A DNA stretch of 64,000 bases, taken from positions 1,760,001 through 1,824,000 of the forward strand of contig CBDCTK010000002.1 of assembly GCA_965222225.1 (NCBI GenBank). Reading direction: 5' to 3'. The DNA is from Candidatus Poribacteria bacterium (GTDB taxonomy: Bacteria > Poribacteria > WGA-4E > JAJDTR01). The notes beneath the pieces are model-generated. The model had not been told where the DNA came from, made no database searches, and worked only from the letters and a program-made list of their open reading frames with translations. Below, piece after piece: positions 51,617 through 62,461 of this stretch (position 1 is its first letter; each line of letters opens with the position of its first letter). A program made the position numbers and the translations under genes.

Positions 51617-52945
51617 ATGCCTAATTCAGACGTATTGCAGAAAGAGTTAACCCGAATTGTCGGTGAAAACGGGTTGTTGCCCAACGATAAGCACAAAGAC
51701 TACCGCGTGGACGGCTTCATGCCCAAAGCGGTCGCTTTACCTGAATCGGTTGAACAGATTCAAAAACTTCTAGCGTTCGCCACCGATCGAGGGCTTTCCG
51801 TCATTCCCGCCGGAAGTGGAACAAAACTCGGAATTGGGAATCTACCCCAGAAGGTCGATCTCGTGCTCTCAACGCGAAGACTTAACAGTATGATTGAGTA
51901 TGAACCCGCCGACCTGACTGTTACCGTGCAAGCCGGTATGCGGTTGGCGAATCTTCAGGTGCAACTCAGCGAAAACGGGCAATTTCTTCCGCTAGATCCA
52001 GCATACGCTTCGCTAGCTACAGTCGGTGGAATTGCGGCGACAAACGCAAGCGGCCCACTGCGCCTGCGACACGGTACACCTAGAAACCAAGTACTGGGGA
52101 TGCGAGTAGTTCAGTCAGGTGGTGCCGTTGTGAAGAGCGGCGGAAAAGTGGTTAAGAACGTCTCGGGTTACGATCTTAACAAGCTATACATCGGTTCGTT
52201 TGGCACGCTCGGGATTAATACGGAGTTGACATTTAAGTTGTCCCCATTGGCAGAGAACGGAATCACAATGCTTCTTAGATTCAAACGGTTTGAAGACGCA
52301 ACCAAGACAGCTTCCGACATCACTAGTTCTCAACTCTTACCAAGCTATCTCAATCTGTTCATCAACGGCGTGCCGGACACAAGAGTTCTAGAACCCAGTC
52401 TTGTCGTAGGTCTTGATGCCCACCCCAAAGCCATTGCTTGGCAAAGAAATCAGGTACAATGGATTGCGAAACAAAGCGGGGTTATAGGTGTGGAAATCAT
52501 TCAAGAGCGGCAAGCAGCGAAATTGGCAGAAGCGATGCGGACATTCACCCAGACTAATCCATCTCAGCAAATCATTGTTTGCAAGGTCAACCTGCGAATG
52601 AGCGACATTGAAGAATATATCGGTGTTGCGTTGGAGATCGCCAGCGCTCTGGCGTGTTCTGTCCGAGTAATGGGACTAATGGGCACGGGGCAGGTTTATT
52701 TCGTTTTCTCTGAATTTGCCGGTATGGTCGAACCCACGATGATTGCTTCCACATTAGCAGAATTACGAAAACACGCAAGCAGTGTCGGTGGCAACTTGAT
52801 CCTTGAAACGGCGCCGGTGGAAGTTAAACGCGATATTGATGTTTGGGGTACGGTCGGCAGCGGTTCCGAGATCATGAAAAAGATTAAGGCACAATTCGAT
52901 CCGAGCAAGCTGTTGAATCCTGGTCGATTTACCGACGGGATTTAG
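51617..52945 (+). CDS. glcE: Glycolate oxidase FAD subunit GlcE-like
   Basis: YEPADLT.TV.AG, ATVGG..A.N.SGP.R, GGKVVKNVSGYDL.KL. Confidence 0.85.
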   Translation: MPNSDVLQKELTRIVGENGLLPNDKHKDYRVDGFMPKAVALPESVEQIQKLLAFATDRGLSVIPAGSGTKLGIGNLPQKVDLVLSTRRLNSMIEYEPADLTVTVQAGMRLANLQVQLSENGQFLPLDPAYASLATVGGIAATNASGPLRLRHGTPRNQVLGMRVVQSGGAVVKSGGKVVKNVSGYDLNKLYIGSFGTLGINTELTFKLSPLAENGITMLLRFKRFEDATKTASDITSSQLLPSYLNLFINGVPDTRVLEPSLVVGLDAHPKAIAWQRNQVQWIAKQSGVIGVEIIQERQAAKLAEAMRTFTQTNPSQQIIVCKVNLRMSDIEEYIGVALEIASALACSVRVMGLMGTGQVYFVFSEFAGMVEPTMIASTLAELRKHASSVGGNLILETAPVEVKRDIDVWGTVGSGSEIMKKIKAQFDPSKLLNPGRFTDGI

Positions 52946-52995
52946 TATTCCCCCAGCACACGCGCCAGAATCCAACCCAAGTTGCGTTTCACATC

Positions 52996-53571
52996 ATGTA
53001 CATCACGCAAGAAGTCTTGAATAAGATTGAGCGCAAATACGGTGTGCCCGATATTCTTCACACCCGATATACGATGAATCGTGCCGAATTTGACTTGTTG
53101 GAGTGGAGCATGCGCAATGGACGGAGGCACGACGTGACATTGTTCATCTCCAACGAGGAAAAAGACAAGATAGTCGTTATCCGAAAACCGAGCTACCCTA
53201 AAGGCGTTTACCGTCCCCCTAGCGGTGGAATTGAACCGGGAGAGGATTTTGAAATCGGGGCGCGGCGAGAAGCCTATGAAGAAACAGGCTTAGAAATCAA
53301 ACTCCAGAAATACGCTCTCAGATCACATGTCGATCTTGCCTTTGAAGACGAGATTGTAGCTTGAACCTCTCACGTGCTCGCCGCTCGCGTAATTGGAGGG
53401 CGTTTAGAGCCTGTTGACAAAAAGGAAATCGCCGGTGTCCGTTGGGCAACAATCAACGAATTAAGGACAGATTTGTTGGTGAGACTGCAGCAGTCTGATT
53501 CCTCCGGTTTGCAATACCGTGCTGAATTACAAGATGCTACTCTCAAACAATACGGAGGAAAGGTGATATGA
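52996..53571 (+). pseudogene. NUDIX hydrolase with an in-frame TGA (53362-53364)
   Basis: GGIEPGEDF..GARREAYEETGL Nudix box; the frame continues IVA*TSHVLAAR to 53571. Confidence 0.8.
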
Positions 53572-53572
53572 A

Positions 53573-55132
53573 ATGGATAGACAACGACGAATCCTGTGGA
53601 TTGACGATGAAATCACCGAATTACAGCCGCATATTTTGTTCCTCGAACATAACGGATATGACATCACTACAGCGATAAGTGATTCCGAAGGGTTGTCTAT
53701 ACTAGAATCAGAGATTTATGACGCTGTTCTGCTAGATCACAAGATGCCGGAGATGGACGGAATTCGCGTCCTGTCGAAGATTAAGAAGAGCCACCCTCAC
53801 CTACCAGTGGTAATTGTTACCGGCAGCGATCAAAAGCACGTCATGAGCACAGCAATCATTCACCACGTAGATGATTTTTTAATTAAACCGGTGAGTCCGA
53901 AACAGATTGCCTCCGTTCTCACATTTATCTTCGATCATGGCGCAATTAAGCAGGACTACACCGCACAAGAGTACGTGGTTGATTTCAATAAGCGTAGATC
54001 ATTCAAACAGCAAGTTGTTGATTGGAGAACATGGATTGATTTCTATGTTCAGATGGCGGAATGGGACCTGCGGTTGGACGACCTTGCCACAGCGGACGAC
54101 CTGCGTGAAACACATCGGCTAGAAAAGCAGGAATGCCAAAGTCATTTTGCACGCTATATTGAAGAACACTATTGCGACTGGCTGGTGGGCAAGGATTCGC
54201 CAGTTTTGTCAGTTGATGTCATCTACAAGTACGTTCTGCCGGAAGTTCAAGTTGGCAAACAGGTGCTCTTCATCGTGCTTGATTGTATGAGGTTGGATCA
54301 TTGGTTCACAATCAAACCAATCCTCCAACCATACTTCGACATGACAACCCACTACTACTATTCCATCCTGCCCACGGCAACGTCCTACGCGCGAAATGCA
54401 ATCTTTAGCGGGCTCTTTCCCCTTGAGCTTGCCCAGCGTTATCCGAATCTATGGACAGAAATTGACGAGGAAAACACAAGCATAAATCGCCATGAAAAAA
54501 ATCTGATGCGCATGCAGCTTGAACGCCATGGCATTGTGCTGAAACCTGCTCCACAGTATTTCAAGATTTTCGATGTGCGAGGTGAGACGGAATATCTACA
54601 ATGGATTAACAGTGTTCCACGCATCAGCTTAGCAGCTCTCGTCGTTGATTTTATTGATATTTTGACCCACAAACGGTCCGAAACGAGTTTGCTCAAGCAA
54701 CTCATTCCGGACGAAGCCGCTTTCCGTACCGTGGTGCACGGCTGGTTCCGGCATTCCGGACTATTCAAAATCTTGAGACTACTCGCCGAACGGGGCATCA
54801 CTGTAATTTTGACATCAGATCACGGTTCTATTCTGTCCGAGCGTCCGGCACGCGTATCCAGCAGTCAAGCTGCGACCAGCGGCCTTCGATTCAAACTCGG
54901 TGCAGAAATCCATGTTGATGAGGAGGTCGGTTTGCGAATTACCGATCCAAAGCGTTACAGGTTGCCCGACGAATCAACTCAAAAGAACTATGTCCTCGCC
55001 AAAGAAGATTACTATTTTGTCTACGCAACCCAGTTCAATGACTACAAAGACCAATTTGTCGGCGGTTTCCAACATGGGGGTATTTCGCTGGAAGAGATGA
55101 TCTTGCCCTGTGTTGTGCTTGATCCTCGGTGA
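53573..55132 (+). CDS. Second PorX-like response regulator (REC plus PglZ)
   Basis: ILWIDDE...LLDHKMP; LDCMRLDHW, LPTATSYARNA, DILTH, TSDHG, FQHGGISLEEM. Confidence 0.92.
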   Translation: MDRQRRILWIDDEITELQPHILFLEHNGYDITTAISDSEGLSILESEIYDAVLLDHKMPEMDGIRVLSKIKKSHPHLPVVIVTGSDQKHVMSTAIIHHVDDFLIKPVSPKQIASVLTFIFDHGAIKQDYTAQEYVVDFNKRRSFKQQVVDWRTWIDFYVQMAEWDLRLDDLATADDLRETHRLEKQECQSHFARYIEEHYCDWLVGKDSPVLSVDVIYKYVLPEVQVGKQVLFIVLDCMRLDHWFTIKPILQPYFDMTTHYYYSILPTATSYARNAIFSGLFPLELAQRYPNLWTEIDEENTSINRHEKNLMRMQLERHGIVLKPAPQYFKIFDVRGETEYLQWINSVPRISLAALVVDFIDILTHKRSETSLLKQLIPDEAAFRTVVHGWFRHSGLFKILRLLAERGITVILTSDHGSILSERPARVSSSQAATSGLRFKLGAEIHVDEEVGLRITDPKRYRLPDESTQKNYVLAKEDYYFVYATQFNDYKDQFVGGFQHGGISLEEMILPCVVLDPR

Positions 55133-55347
55133 ATGGGAAATCCATTGTTATTGCTGACGCTCATCGTCTCATTAAGATTGTCTTTTGCGGATTGTAGATA
55201 CCTTTATCGCGCAAAGGTGTCTTCAATCCGCTTTTTTCATGCAGAGTTAAGAGTATATTCTGCTTAGATATCAAATAGGGGAGCGTAACTGTGAACACAG
55301 CGTCGTGTGTCAATGCCAAGCCAAGTTCTCACTGGAGAGATTCAAGG

Positions 55348-57198
55348 ATGATTAGGAAAATCGTACCTCGCATCTATCGGTTGTTAGTTTTATTCTGCGT
55401 GTTCTACACTGGAACTTTGGGGTCGTATGGGCAGTTAACAGGGCTTGAGGCGCTCAAGGCGCCAAGTCAACCGAAAGACACTGTTCACACGGAAGGCGTG
55501 TTATCGGTGGATAAAGTGCAGCCCGGCAGCACTTTTCAAATTGCCATCGTGATGACATTTGATGAAGGATGGCACGCAAATGCGAATCCCGCCGGAGAGG
55601 GGCTTATCCCCACAAAAGTCGTCCTGCCGGAACACACCAATTTAAAATTCGGTGAAGTGATATACCCTAAAGGCGATGTACTTGAGATTGCTTCAATCGG
55701 AAAGGCACCCGTCTATCACGATCGAGCTGTAATTGGAATACAGGCGACTCTGGGACAGACCACACAAATCCAAAAGGTAGAGCTACCATTCAAGTTGACC
55801 TACCAAGCGTGCAGCGACGAGCAGTGTCTGTTACCGAAAACCGTCAGCGTGAATATCCCCATGGAAATTGTCGGCACCGATCTGCCAGTGCAATCAATCA
55901 ATGAGGAAATTTTTTCAAGTCTACAGTTCGACATGTCGCAGGATACAGCGTCCGTAACCAGCGGAACCGGGGAGTTCCGCAAAGCATTATCAAGAGGATA
56001 TTTTTGGGCATTTCTATTTGTTTTCATCGGGGGAGTTTTAACAAGCCTGACTCCATGTGTTTATCCGTTAATTCCAATTACAGTAAGCATATTCGGTGCG
56101 AGTCGGGACGTAAGCCGCTCAAAGTCGTTTTTTCTTTCAGTTACGTACGTTCTGGGTATTGCCGTAATGTACTCAATTCTTGGAGTCGCCGTCGCATCAA
56201 CAGGCGCAGTGTTTGGTCAGATAATGGCGAATCCAATCGTTGTCGGGTTTGTAAGCATCATCCTCATCGCACTCGGACTTTCGCTCGTAGGTGTTTTTGA
56301 ACTTCGGCTACCTTACGCCCTACAGAACAAATTGAACACGGTTGGCGGTGCAGGATTCGGCGGAGCCTTTGCTATGGGTACCGTTGCTGGAATCATCGCT
56401 GCGCCGTGTACCGGTCCTGCGCTTGGAGCGGTACTCTCCTTTGTTGCCACAACCGGCAATGCCTTTCTGGGATTCTGGCTAATGCTGACTTACGCCATCG
56501 GCATGGGGCTGCTCTTTATCCTGATTGGAACATTTTCAGGTTTGATCTCGTCACTACCAACTTCTGGTGGCTGGATGTACGTACTAGAGAACATCTTTGG
56601 CATAGTTATCATTGCAATGGCGCTGTACTTCCTAAAAGAGGTTGTGGAACCGCTACGTGCGATTCTTGATAATTCCGCTCCGATTTTCATCATTGGAGGC
56701 GTCCTATTGCTCCTTGGTGTGATTCTAGGGAAATTCACCCGGCGATTTAGGGACCTACCTCGAACAGCGCAACTGCGCAAATCGGTAGGCGTTCTTTCCG
56801 CCGTTCTTGGACTGTATGTAATCGTTGGCGCATTTACTGTAGTAGAAGATACATTTGATTGGACTCATGATGAGACTCAAGGGTTGGAAGAAGCGCGCGA
56901 ATCCAAGAAACCTACTGTCATTGATTTCTACGCGACGTGGTGTGGGGCTTGCGTTGAACTCGACAAATTCACCTTTTCCGACCCGGAGGTTAGATCTAGA
57001 TTAGAAGATTTTGTCAAGATTAAGCTCGATTTCAGCCGAAGTTCGGAGCAAGTTGAAGAACTTAAGAAGAAATATGGCATCGTTGGTTTGCCAGTTGTAC
57101 TTTTCCTGGATTCGGAGGGAAAACCGTTGAAGCGACTTGAGAAATTCGTTGGTCCGAAAGAGTTTCTTAAAATCCTAGATGAAATTGAACAAAGCTAA
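55348..57198 (+). CDS. dsbD: Protein-disulfide reductase DsbD
   Basis: GWHAN, YQACSDEQCL, SLTPCVYPLIP, APCTGP, DFYATWCGAC thioredoxin. Confidence 0.93.
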   Translation: MIRKIVPRIYRLLVLFCVFYTGTLGSYGQLTGLEALKAPSQPKDTVHTEGVLSVDKVQPGSTFQIAIVMTFDEGWHANANPAGEGLIPTKVVLPEHTNLKFGEVIYPKGDVLEIASIGKAPVYHDRAVIGIQATLGQTTQIQKVELPFKLTYQACSDEQCLLPKTVSVNIPMEIVGTDLPVQSINEEIFSSLQFDMSQDTASVTSGTGEFRKALSRGYFWAFLFVFIGGVLTSLTPCVYPLIPITVSIFGASRDVSRSKSFFLSVTYVLGIAVMYSILGVAVASTGAVFGQIMANPIVVGFVSIILIALGLSLVGVFELRLPYALQNKLNTVGGAGFGGAFAMGTVAGIIAAPCTGPALGAVLSFVATTGNAFLGFWLMLTYAIGMGLLFILIGTFSGLISSLPTSGGWMYVLENIFGIVIIAMALYFLKEVVEPLRAILDNSAPIFIIGGVLLLLGVILGKFTRRFRDLPRTAQLRKSVGVLSAVLGLYVIVGAFTVVEDTFDWTHDETQGLEEARESKKPTVIDFYATWCGACVELDKFTFSDPEVRSRLEDFVKIKLDFSRSSEQVEELKKKYGIVGLPVVLFLDSEGKPLKRLEKFVGPKEFLKILDEIEQS

Positions 57199-57254
57199 CC
57201 AACATTTTACCTCATTCAGCGTCCATCTCAAACCAATCAAGAGTATATGACTCT

Positions 57255-58337
57255 ATGTCCGACAAAGCCCATGCTCCATCTCGAAATTGGCTGTCCTATC
57301 TTGAGGGTGCCATAATCATAGTGTTTATCGCACTGATTGTTGCGTTCACTCACAAAGGGGAAACACAATCTAACGCACCGCCCATATCGCAGGCACAAGA
57401 ATTTATCTCACAAGGGGACCAAGATTTCGCAAAAAAAGATCTTGGAAGGGCGGCACTCGCCTATTGGGAAGCCATTCGAATTTTTGAGTCGGCAAAACGA
57501 GACGACACAGAGTCAACCCATGGACTGGACAACGAACTGTTTCATGCAAACTTACGAGTAGCGGAGATTTATCTGCATAGCAGCTGGATCGAGGATGCGC
57601 GAAATCGCTTGGAACATGCAGCAAGAATTCAACCGAATCGCGTTGAAGTGCATCTGCTGCGTGGCAAACTTGAGCGTGATGACGGAGAACGGTTGTCGAC
57701 TGCGAACGAGTTTCTGGCTGCGGTCGAGATGGATCCGACCCATGCAGAAGCACGCTATCTTCTAGGTCTCCTATATCAACGCAACAAGCAATATGAGGAC
57801 GCCATTGCACATTACACGACCGCCATTGAGAACGATGCCGAGTTGGTCGAGTTACCGTTTGAATCTCAGCCAATCGGACTGCAAGCCCGTCTTCAGTTGG
57901 CGCGAACTTATCGGCGGATGCTCCAAGACTATCGGTTTATCGATCGTGAGTTATCAGCACAGGAAGCCGCCAAGATTGGTCAAATGGAGGAGGCCGCCGT
58001 AGCTGTTTTGGAGCAGGCAGTTGATAGAAATCCGAATTTTGGCGAGGCAAAAAATGAACTCATTGACCTACTTGTATCGCGCGCTTTAATCATTGAACGA
58101 CAAGGTGATACCCGTCCTTACGACGAAGCGCTCAAGGTATATGAACGTATAGTCGAACTAGACCCAACCAAAGCGGATATATGGAAGAAAATGGGGGAAA
58201 TTTACGCCCATTTCATGCATGACAAGGACGCCGCACTTAAAGCCTTCAAAGCAGCCTACCAACTAGATCCAGACTTAGTAATTCTCGCCGAGATTGAGAA
58301 CCTTGAAGCTGATTTGGCAAACGAAGCAATTCAGTAG
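57255..58337 (+). CDS. Membrane-anchored tetratricopeptide repeat protein
   Basis: N-terminal TM; AEARYLLGLLY...A..HY, YERIVELDP. Confidence 0.8.
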   Translation: MSDKAHAPSRNWLSYLEGAIIIVFIALIVAFTHKGETQSNAPPISQAQEFISQGDQDFAKKDLGRAALAYWEAIRIFESAKRDDTESTHGLDNELFHANLRVAEIYLHSSWIEDARNRLEHAARIQPNRVEVHLLRGKLERDDGERLSTANEFLAAVEMDPTHAEARYLLGLLYQRNKQYEDAIAHYTTAIENDAELVELPFESQPIGLQARLQLARTYRRMLQDYRFIDRELSAQEAAKIGQMEEAAVAVLEQAVDRNPNFGEAKNELIDLLVSRALIIERQGDTRPYDEALKVYERIVELDPTKADIWKKMGEIYAHFMHDKDAALKAFKAAYQLDPDLVILAEIENLEADLANEAIQ

Positions 58338-58362
58338 GGCAACCAAACTCATCGCACATCGT

Positions 58363-58400
58363 AAGCCGTCTGGGAGTTTACACTTTCAGATGGCTTTTTT
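58363..58400 (+). terminator. Rho-independent terminator
   Basis: aagccgtctg...cagatggctt followed by a T-tract. Confidence 0.7.
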
Positions 58401-58695
58401 CTTTTCTCTTCGGCCAAAAGATACTAATCCGCCTACCTGTTTTTAATTTCAAGCTTATTACAGAGTCATGCACACGGTTGCGTCACAAAGGAAGATTGTC
58501 TTTGGTGCTGTCAATAGGCGCACATTCAACCAAAGTCGAGAGTGGTAACCAGCTCCAGTCCATTCATTGCTCGCGAATTAGGTTGTATTTCAAATAATGG
58601 ACACCGTTGTTCAGAAGTTGAACATGGACACATTTTATTGATAGATACAGACGGGAAAAACCCGCCTAAAGGTGCACCTTCCAGCTTTGACCCCT

Positions 58696-58711
58696 TTGGC
58701 ACATAATTTGC
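58696..58711 (+). promoter_or_regulatory. sigma54 (-24/-12) promoter
   Basis: TTGGCACATAATTTGC, GG-N10-GC spacing, about 65 nt upstream of the ATG. Confidence 0.7.
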
Positions 58712-58776
58712 GCTACGATGAGTATACGATTCCAAAACTTCAACCATCCAAGCAAGTTATGTAAGGAGAACGACCG

Positions 58777-61089
58777 ATGACAACCACAGGAATACAACTA
58801 TTAATAGGATTCGGACTTCTTCTCATTTGGACCTCGCTCGCCCATGTTCGGGCAGACGAAGGAAAGGACAATCCAATTCTATTTGAGGAAATCACCGTCA
58901 TCACCCGCGTTGAGAAAGATACTTTTCGAACCCCATATGCTATTTCAGTCATTGACCGGTCACAGATTGAGCGCATAAACGCCGACATTACCCCGCGCAT
59001 CCTTAGAGACACGGTGGGCGTTTGGGCACAACAAACCACAACTGGGCAGGGATCGCCGCTGCTTCGCGGTCTCACCGGCTATCAAGCCTTTCTTTCAATA
59101 GATGGTGTCCGACTCAATAACTCGACTTTCCGCTCCGGTCCTAATCAATATTTGGCGACAATTAGCGCCGATACGCTCGATCGAATTGAGGTACTGCGTG
59201 GCCCCGGTTCCATGCTGTACGGCAGCGGCGCCATGGGTGGTGTCATCAGCATGTTTACCAAAGATCCAATTCTTGACAGCGCGTCCGAACAGTGGAGCAT
59301 TCAATCCCGCGCCTATGGACGATTTGCGTCAGCCACGTCGGAGCGGCTCGGACGTCTTGAGGTGCTGGGAAGCAAAAAGCAACTCGGTTTCTCCGTTGGT
59401 GCATCTGCGCGATGGTTCGGTGACATTAACCCGGGGAGCGGATACGACCTTCACTACAAGAATCGCAAATTTGAGTTCGTTGCCGACGAACCAGAGGGCG
59501 TGCAAGTCTCCGATGCACCTCCCAAAGAAGTCCCCGATCGTTGGTTGATTGATTCCCAATCGCCTCTTGAATGGAACGCCTACGATGCCGATGCGAAATT
59601 CGCTTACAAATTGAGTGACGCCAGTACAGTCAATGTCGCCTACCAACTTTGGCGGCAACCTCAAACCCCACGCTACGATAAAATTGCGCCGCGCGAGTAT
59701 GACGAGTATTTCTTTGAGCCGCAAAACCGAGATCTGCTCTACGCCACTTACTCTTCCAACCCTACCCATACAGCGATTGACCAGCTTCGATTGACGGCCT
59801 CGATTCATCGTCAGAAGGAGGGGAGAAATGAGCTATTGCGTGATGCAACGGAGCGGCGCCAGCGATTCGATACCGTCAGTACATTGGGGCTCAGTGCACA
59901 AGCGATCAGTTCCTCCCTCCCGAGTCAGCGCGTCGTCGTGGGCGGCGAATCTTACTTCGATACCCTCTCAAGCCAGACCATCAAAACCGATATCAATACG
60001 GGTGTCGAAAAGATGGACGAGACAAAAGGACGGTTTATTGACGGCTCCCGATTCTGGGATGCCAACCTTTACCTTCAGGACGAAATCGCGTTGCACGAAT
60101 GCCTCGAACTGACGCTCGGTGGGCGATATACTCTTTACAACACACGTGCCGACCTCTCGGTGCGTTCCAATCAGTTTAGCGATTTCAACGAGTCCGGGAG
60201 CGCATTGACCGGTAGCGCGGGGGTCGTTGCAAGCATCAACGACCAATTAAACGCGGTTGGAAATTTTGCGACATCGTTTCGCGCACCATCGCTCAACGAT
60301 ACGACTGCCGTGGAAGTCTCCAATGAAGGCATCGATTCTCCTTCTCCCGACCTCAATCCAGAGACGGGATGGACCGTTGAGGGTGGGCTTAAAGCGCGTT
60401 ACCCGCAGTTTGCCGGATCGCTCACAGTTTTTCATGGTCGCATCAACGATCTGGTCACCCGCGTTCTGGCAGAAGATGCCTACGCCGAGCATTCGCGTCC
60501 AGACCTGATTCAACAACTCCAGCAGAACAATCCAGGAGTTGATGTCTTCGTTTTTGACAATGTTGATGAAGTTCAAATACAAGGCGTTGAATTGGTTGGG
60601 ACGGTGCCGGTTCAGGACAGTTTGTCCATTTACGGTAACGCCATGTTCACGCGCGGAAAGGTACTGCTCATCAATGGTAGAGCACCGGATCCCGAAAAAC
60701 CGTGGGAAGAGCGGATTCGTCGTGAGCCGCCGCTTAACGGCATACTAGGTCTTCGTTGGCACCCCCCTGACGAACAATATTGGGGCGGGTTCTTCATTCG
60801 CGGCGCAACCGAACAGAGGCGGTTGAACCGCAGCGACATTCGTGATCCGCGCATTCCGGGTACAACGCGTGATACCGGCGAGGTCGAATTCGACTCGGAT
60901 GGCAATGCCATTGGCGAAGGTTCACCGGGCTGGTTCACGCTCAACTTGCGCGGTGGAATGCAAGTATCCGAATACAGCCAACTCACTTTCGCTCTTGAAA
61001 ACCTGCTTGATAAGCGGTATCGCGAGCACGGCAGCGGTATAAACGCGCCGGGTTTTAATGTGATTGTTAGTCTCAATAATGTATTCTAA
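58777..61089 (+). CDS. TonB-dependent receptor
   Basis: EEITV TonB box, SP.LRG, IDGVRLN, RIEVLRGPGS.LYGSGAMGGVI plug, ENLLDK.Y, terminal F. Confidence 0.95.
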   Translation: MTTTGIQLLIGFGLLLIWTSLAHVRADEGKDNPILFEEITVITRVEKDTFRTPYAISVIDRSQIERINADITPRILRDTVGVWAQQTTTGQGSPLLRGLTGYQAFLSIDGVRLNNSTFRSGPNQYLATISADTLDRIEVLRGPGSMLYGSGAMGGVISMFTKDPILDSASEQWSIQSRAYGRFASATSERLGRLEVLGSKKQLGFSVGASARWFGDINPGSGYDLHYKNRKFEFVADEPEGVQVSDAPPKEVPDRWLIDSQSPLEWNAYDADAKFAYKLSDASTVNVAYQLWRQPQTPRYDKIAPREYDEYFFEPQNRDLLYATYSSNPTHTAIDQLRLTASIHRQKEGRNELLRDATERRQRFDTVSTLGLSAQAISSSLPSQRVVVGGESYFDTLSSQTIKTDINTGVEKMDETKGRFIDGSRFWDANLYLQDEIALHECLELTLGGRYTLYNTRADLSVRSNQFSDFNESGSALTGSAGVVASINDQLNAVGNFATSFRAPSLNDTTAVEVSNEGIDSPSPDLNPETGWTVEGGLKARYPQFAGSLTVFHGRINDLVTRVLAEDAYAEHSRPDLIQQLQQNNPGVDVFVFDNVDEVQIQGVELVGTVPVQDSLSIYGNAMFTRGKVLLINGRAPDPEKPWEERIRREPPLNGILGLRWHPPDEQYWGGFFIRGATEQRRLNRSDIRDPRIPGTTRDTGEVEFDSDGNAIGEGSPGWFTLNLRGGMQVSEYSQLTFALENLLDKRYREHGSGINAPGFNVIVSLNNVF

Positions 61090-61364
61090 TCATGCGACCT
61101 GCACAAAAGCGACAGAGACATAGGAAAACACCATTGATACAGCGCCCAATGAGATGCACAGAATTGTGTCGAGCAAGCGACGGGCACGTCGGACAGGATT
61201 CATATGACCACTCGGGTATCTGATCCTAGAAGCGATTTCGACTCATGCGAATTACGCCCTGATAATTAGGCTCCCATTGACGCAGACTGCGAAGATTGAC
61301 AGAAGGCGCTGCGACGCATAGGTTCCCATTGGATATAAAGCGTGGAAAAACTTACCTCCATGAG

Positions 61365-61427
61365 GTAGAATGGAGCGATGCGGTGGCTTTCCCACTTCCG
61401 AACAACATACCGCATCGCTCCGTCTAC
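61365..61427. repeat. GTAG...CTAC long hairpin (REP-like)
   Basis: gtagaatggagcgatgcggt / accgcatcgctccgtctac, stem of about 19 bp. Confidence 0.65.
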
Positions 61428-61469
61428 TGATTTGACATACTGCCCCGCTATGTCTGAGGAGAAAGAATC

Positions 61470-61868
61470 ATGAGTATTTGTAGATGTATACTATTCCTAC
61501 TCGTCTGTCTATCAAGTTTCGGTTGCGCTACGCTTTTTACCGAGCAGCAGTATACTTTGGTGGATCAGGAAGTGACGCCAGAAATTCTCTTCTCGGGAGT
61601 CGCTTATACCATTCCCGTAAAACTTGATGTTCGAAAAATTGTGATTCTGGGTTCCGGAAAAATTCAGAATATCGACATTCACGCTCGTGATGACAGTAAC
61701 CATTTGAAGCTGGTAAAGAGAGTACAAAAAGCCATTCAATTTCCATTTGAACTTCCGCTTAGGGCTGAAACGGACGCCATTAAAATCTCACATCGGTCAA
61801 CGACCGGGAAAGGCAACATTGATACGATTCAGTTCTACACCACCACAGAGAAATCTGGTGCGAATTAA
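61470..61868 (+). CDS. Hypothetical lipoprotein
   Basis: SFGC lipobox; GAGGAG RBS. Confidence 0.7.
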   Translation: MSICRCILFLLVCLSSFGCATLFTEQQYTLVDQEVTPEILFSGVAYTIPVKLDVRKIVILGSGKIQNIDIHARDDSNHLKLVKRVQKAIQFPFELPLRAETDAIKISHRSTTGKGNIDTIQFYTTTEKSGAN

Positions 61869-62461
61869 GAACAGGAATTAACTCGTTTTTTTTCTCTCAG
61901 TATCAAGTATGAAGAGGCCTCTCTCACCGACTATGACAAAGCATAGGGAATGCCAGTGACCGCATGGGGACAAATTAGGCGACGGAGTCTCCAAAAAACC
62001 TATACCAACGATTATACCTCTGTCCTTGATTGGGAATTTACCTGTTATTCTGTTAATCAACTTTCTTTGTATCCCTTTCATCGTGTTCGCAATCGAACCT
62101 ATCGGTACGATTGGGCGGCCATATCCAGAGCAGCACGCCTTCCTTTCCAATGAAGCCCTCCTGCGTGCAGTCCCAACTCACATTCAGATTGTGCATCCAC
62201 GTGCCGGCGAGGTCATCGGCGAGTTCGGCAAACGGGCAGATAGAAGCGATGTGGTGTTTAGTCCGACCACGGCGCATGTAGCAATTCTGGACTATCTTAT
62301 AGATTCAAAGACGACCATCGTAAACGTATGGGATGTCAATGCCCGCGAGCAGGTATCCGAGTGGGAGATTGCGGCACGGATAGGGGTGTCAGCATTCAGC
62401 CCGACGGAGCCGTTCTTCGCCGCCTCTTTTGACGATGAGATTCATCTGGAGAATCTACCAC

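Noticed and set aside
13090-55132. BREX system suggested by PglZ domains
   Set aside because: Both proteins are REC-PglZ (PorX architecture) and no brxC/pglX/brxL is present
58400-58776. Cobalamin or TPP riboswitch upstream of the TonB receptor
   Set aside because: Conserved riboswitch cores were not found; a sigma54 motif explains the region better
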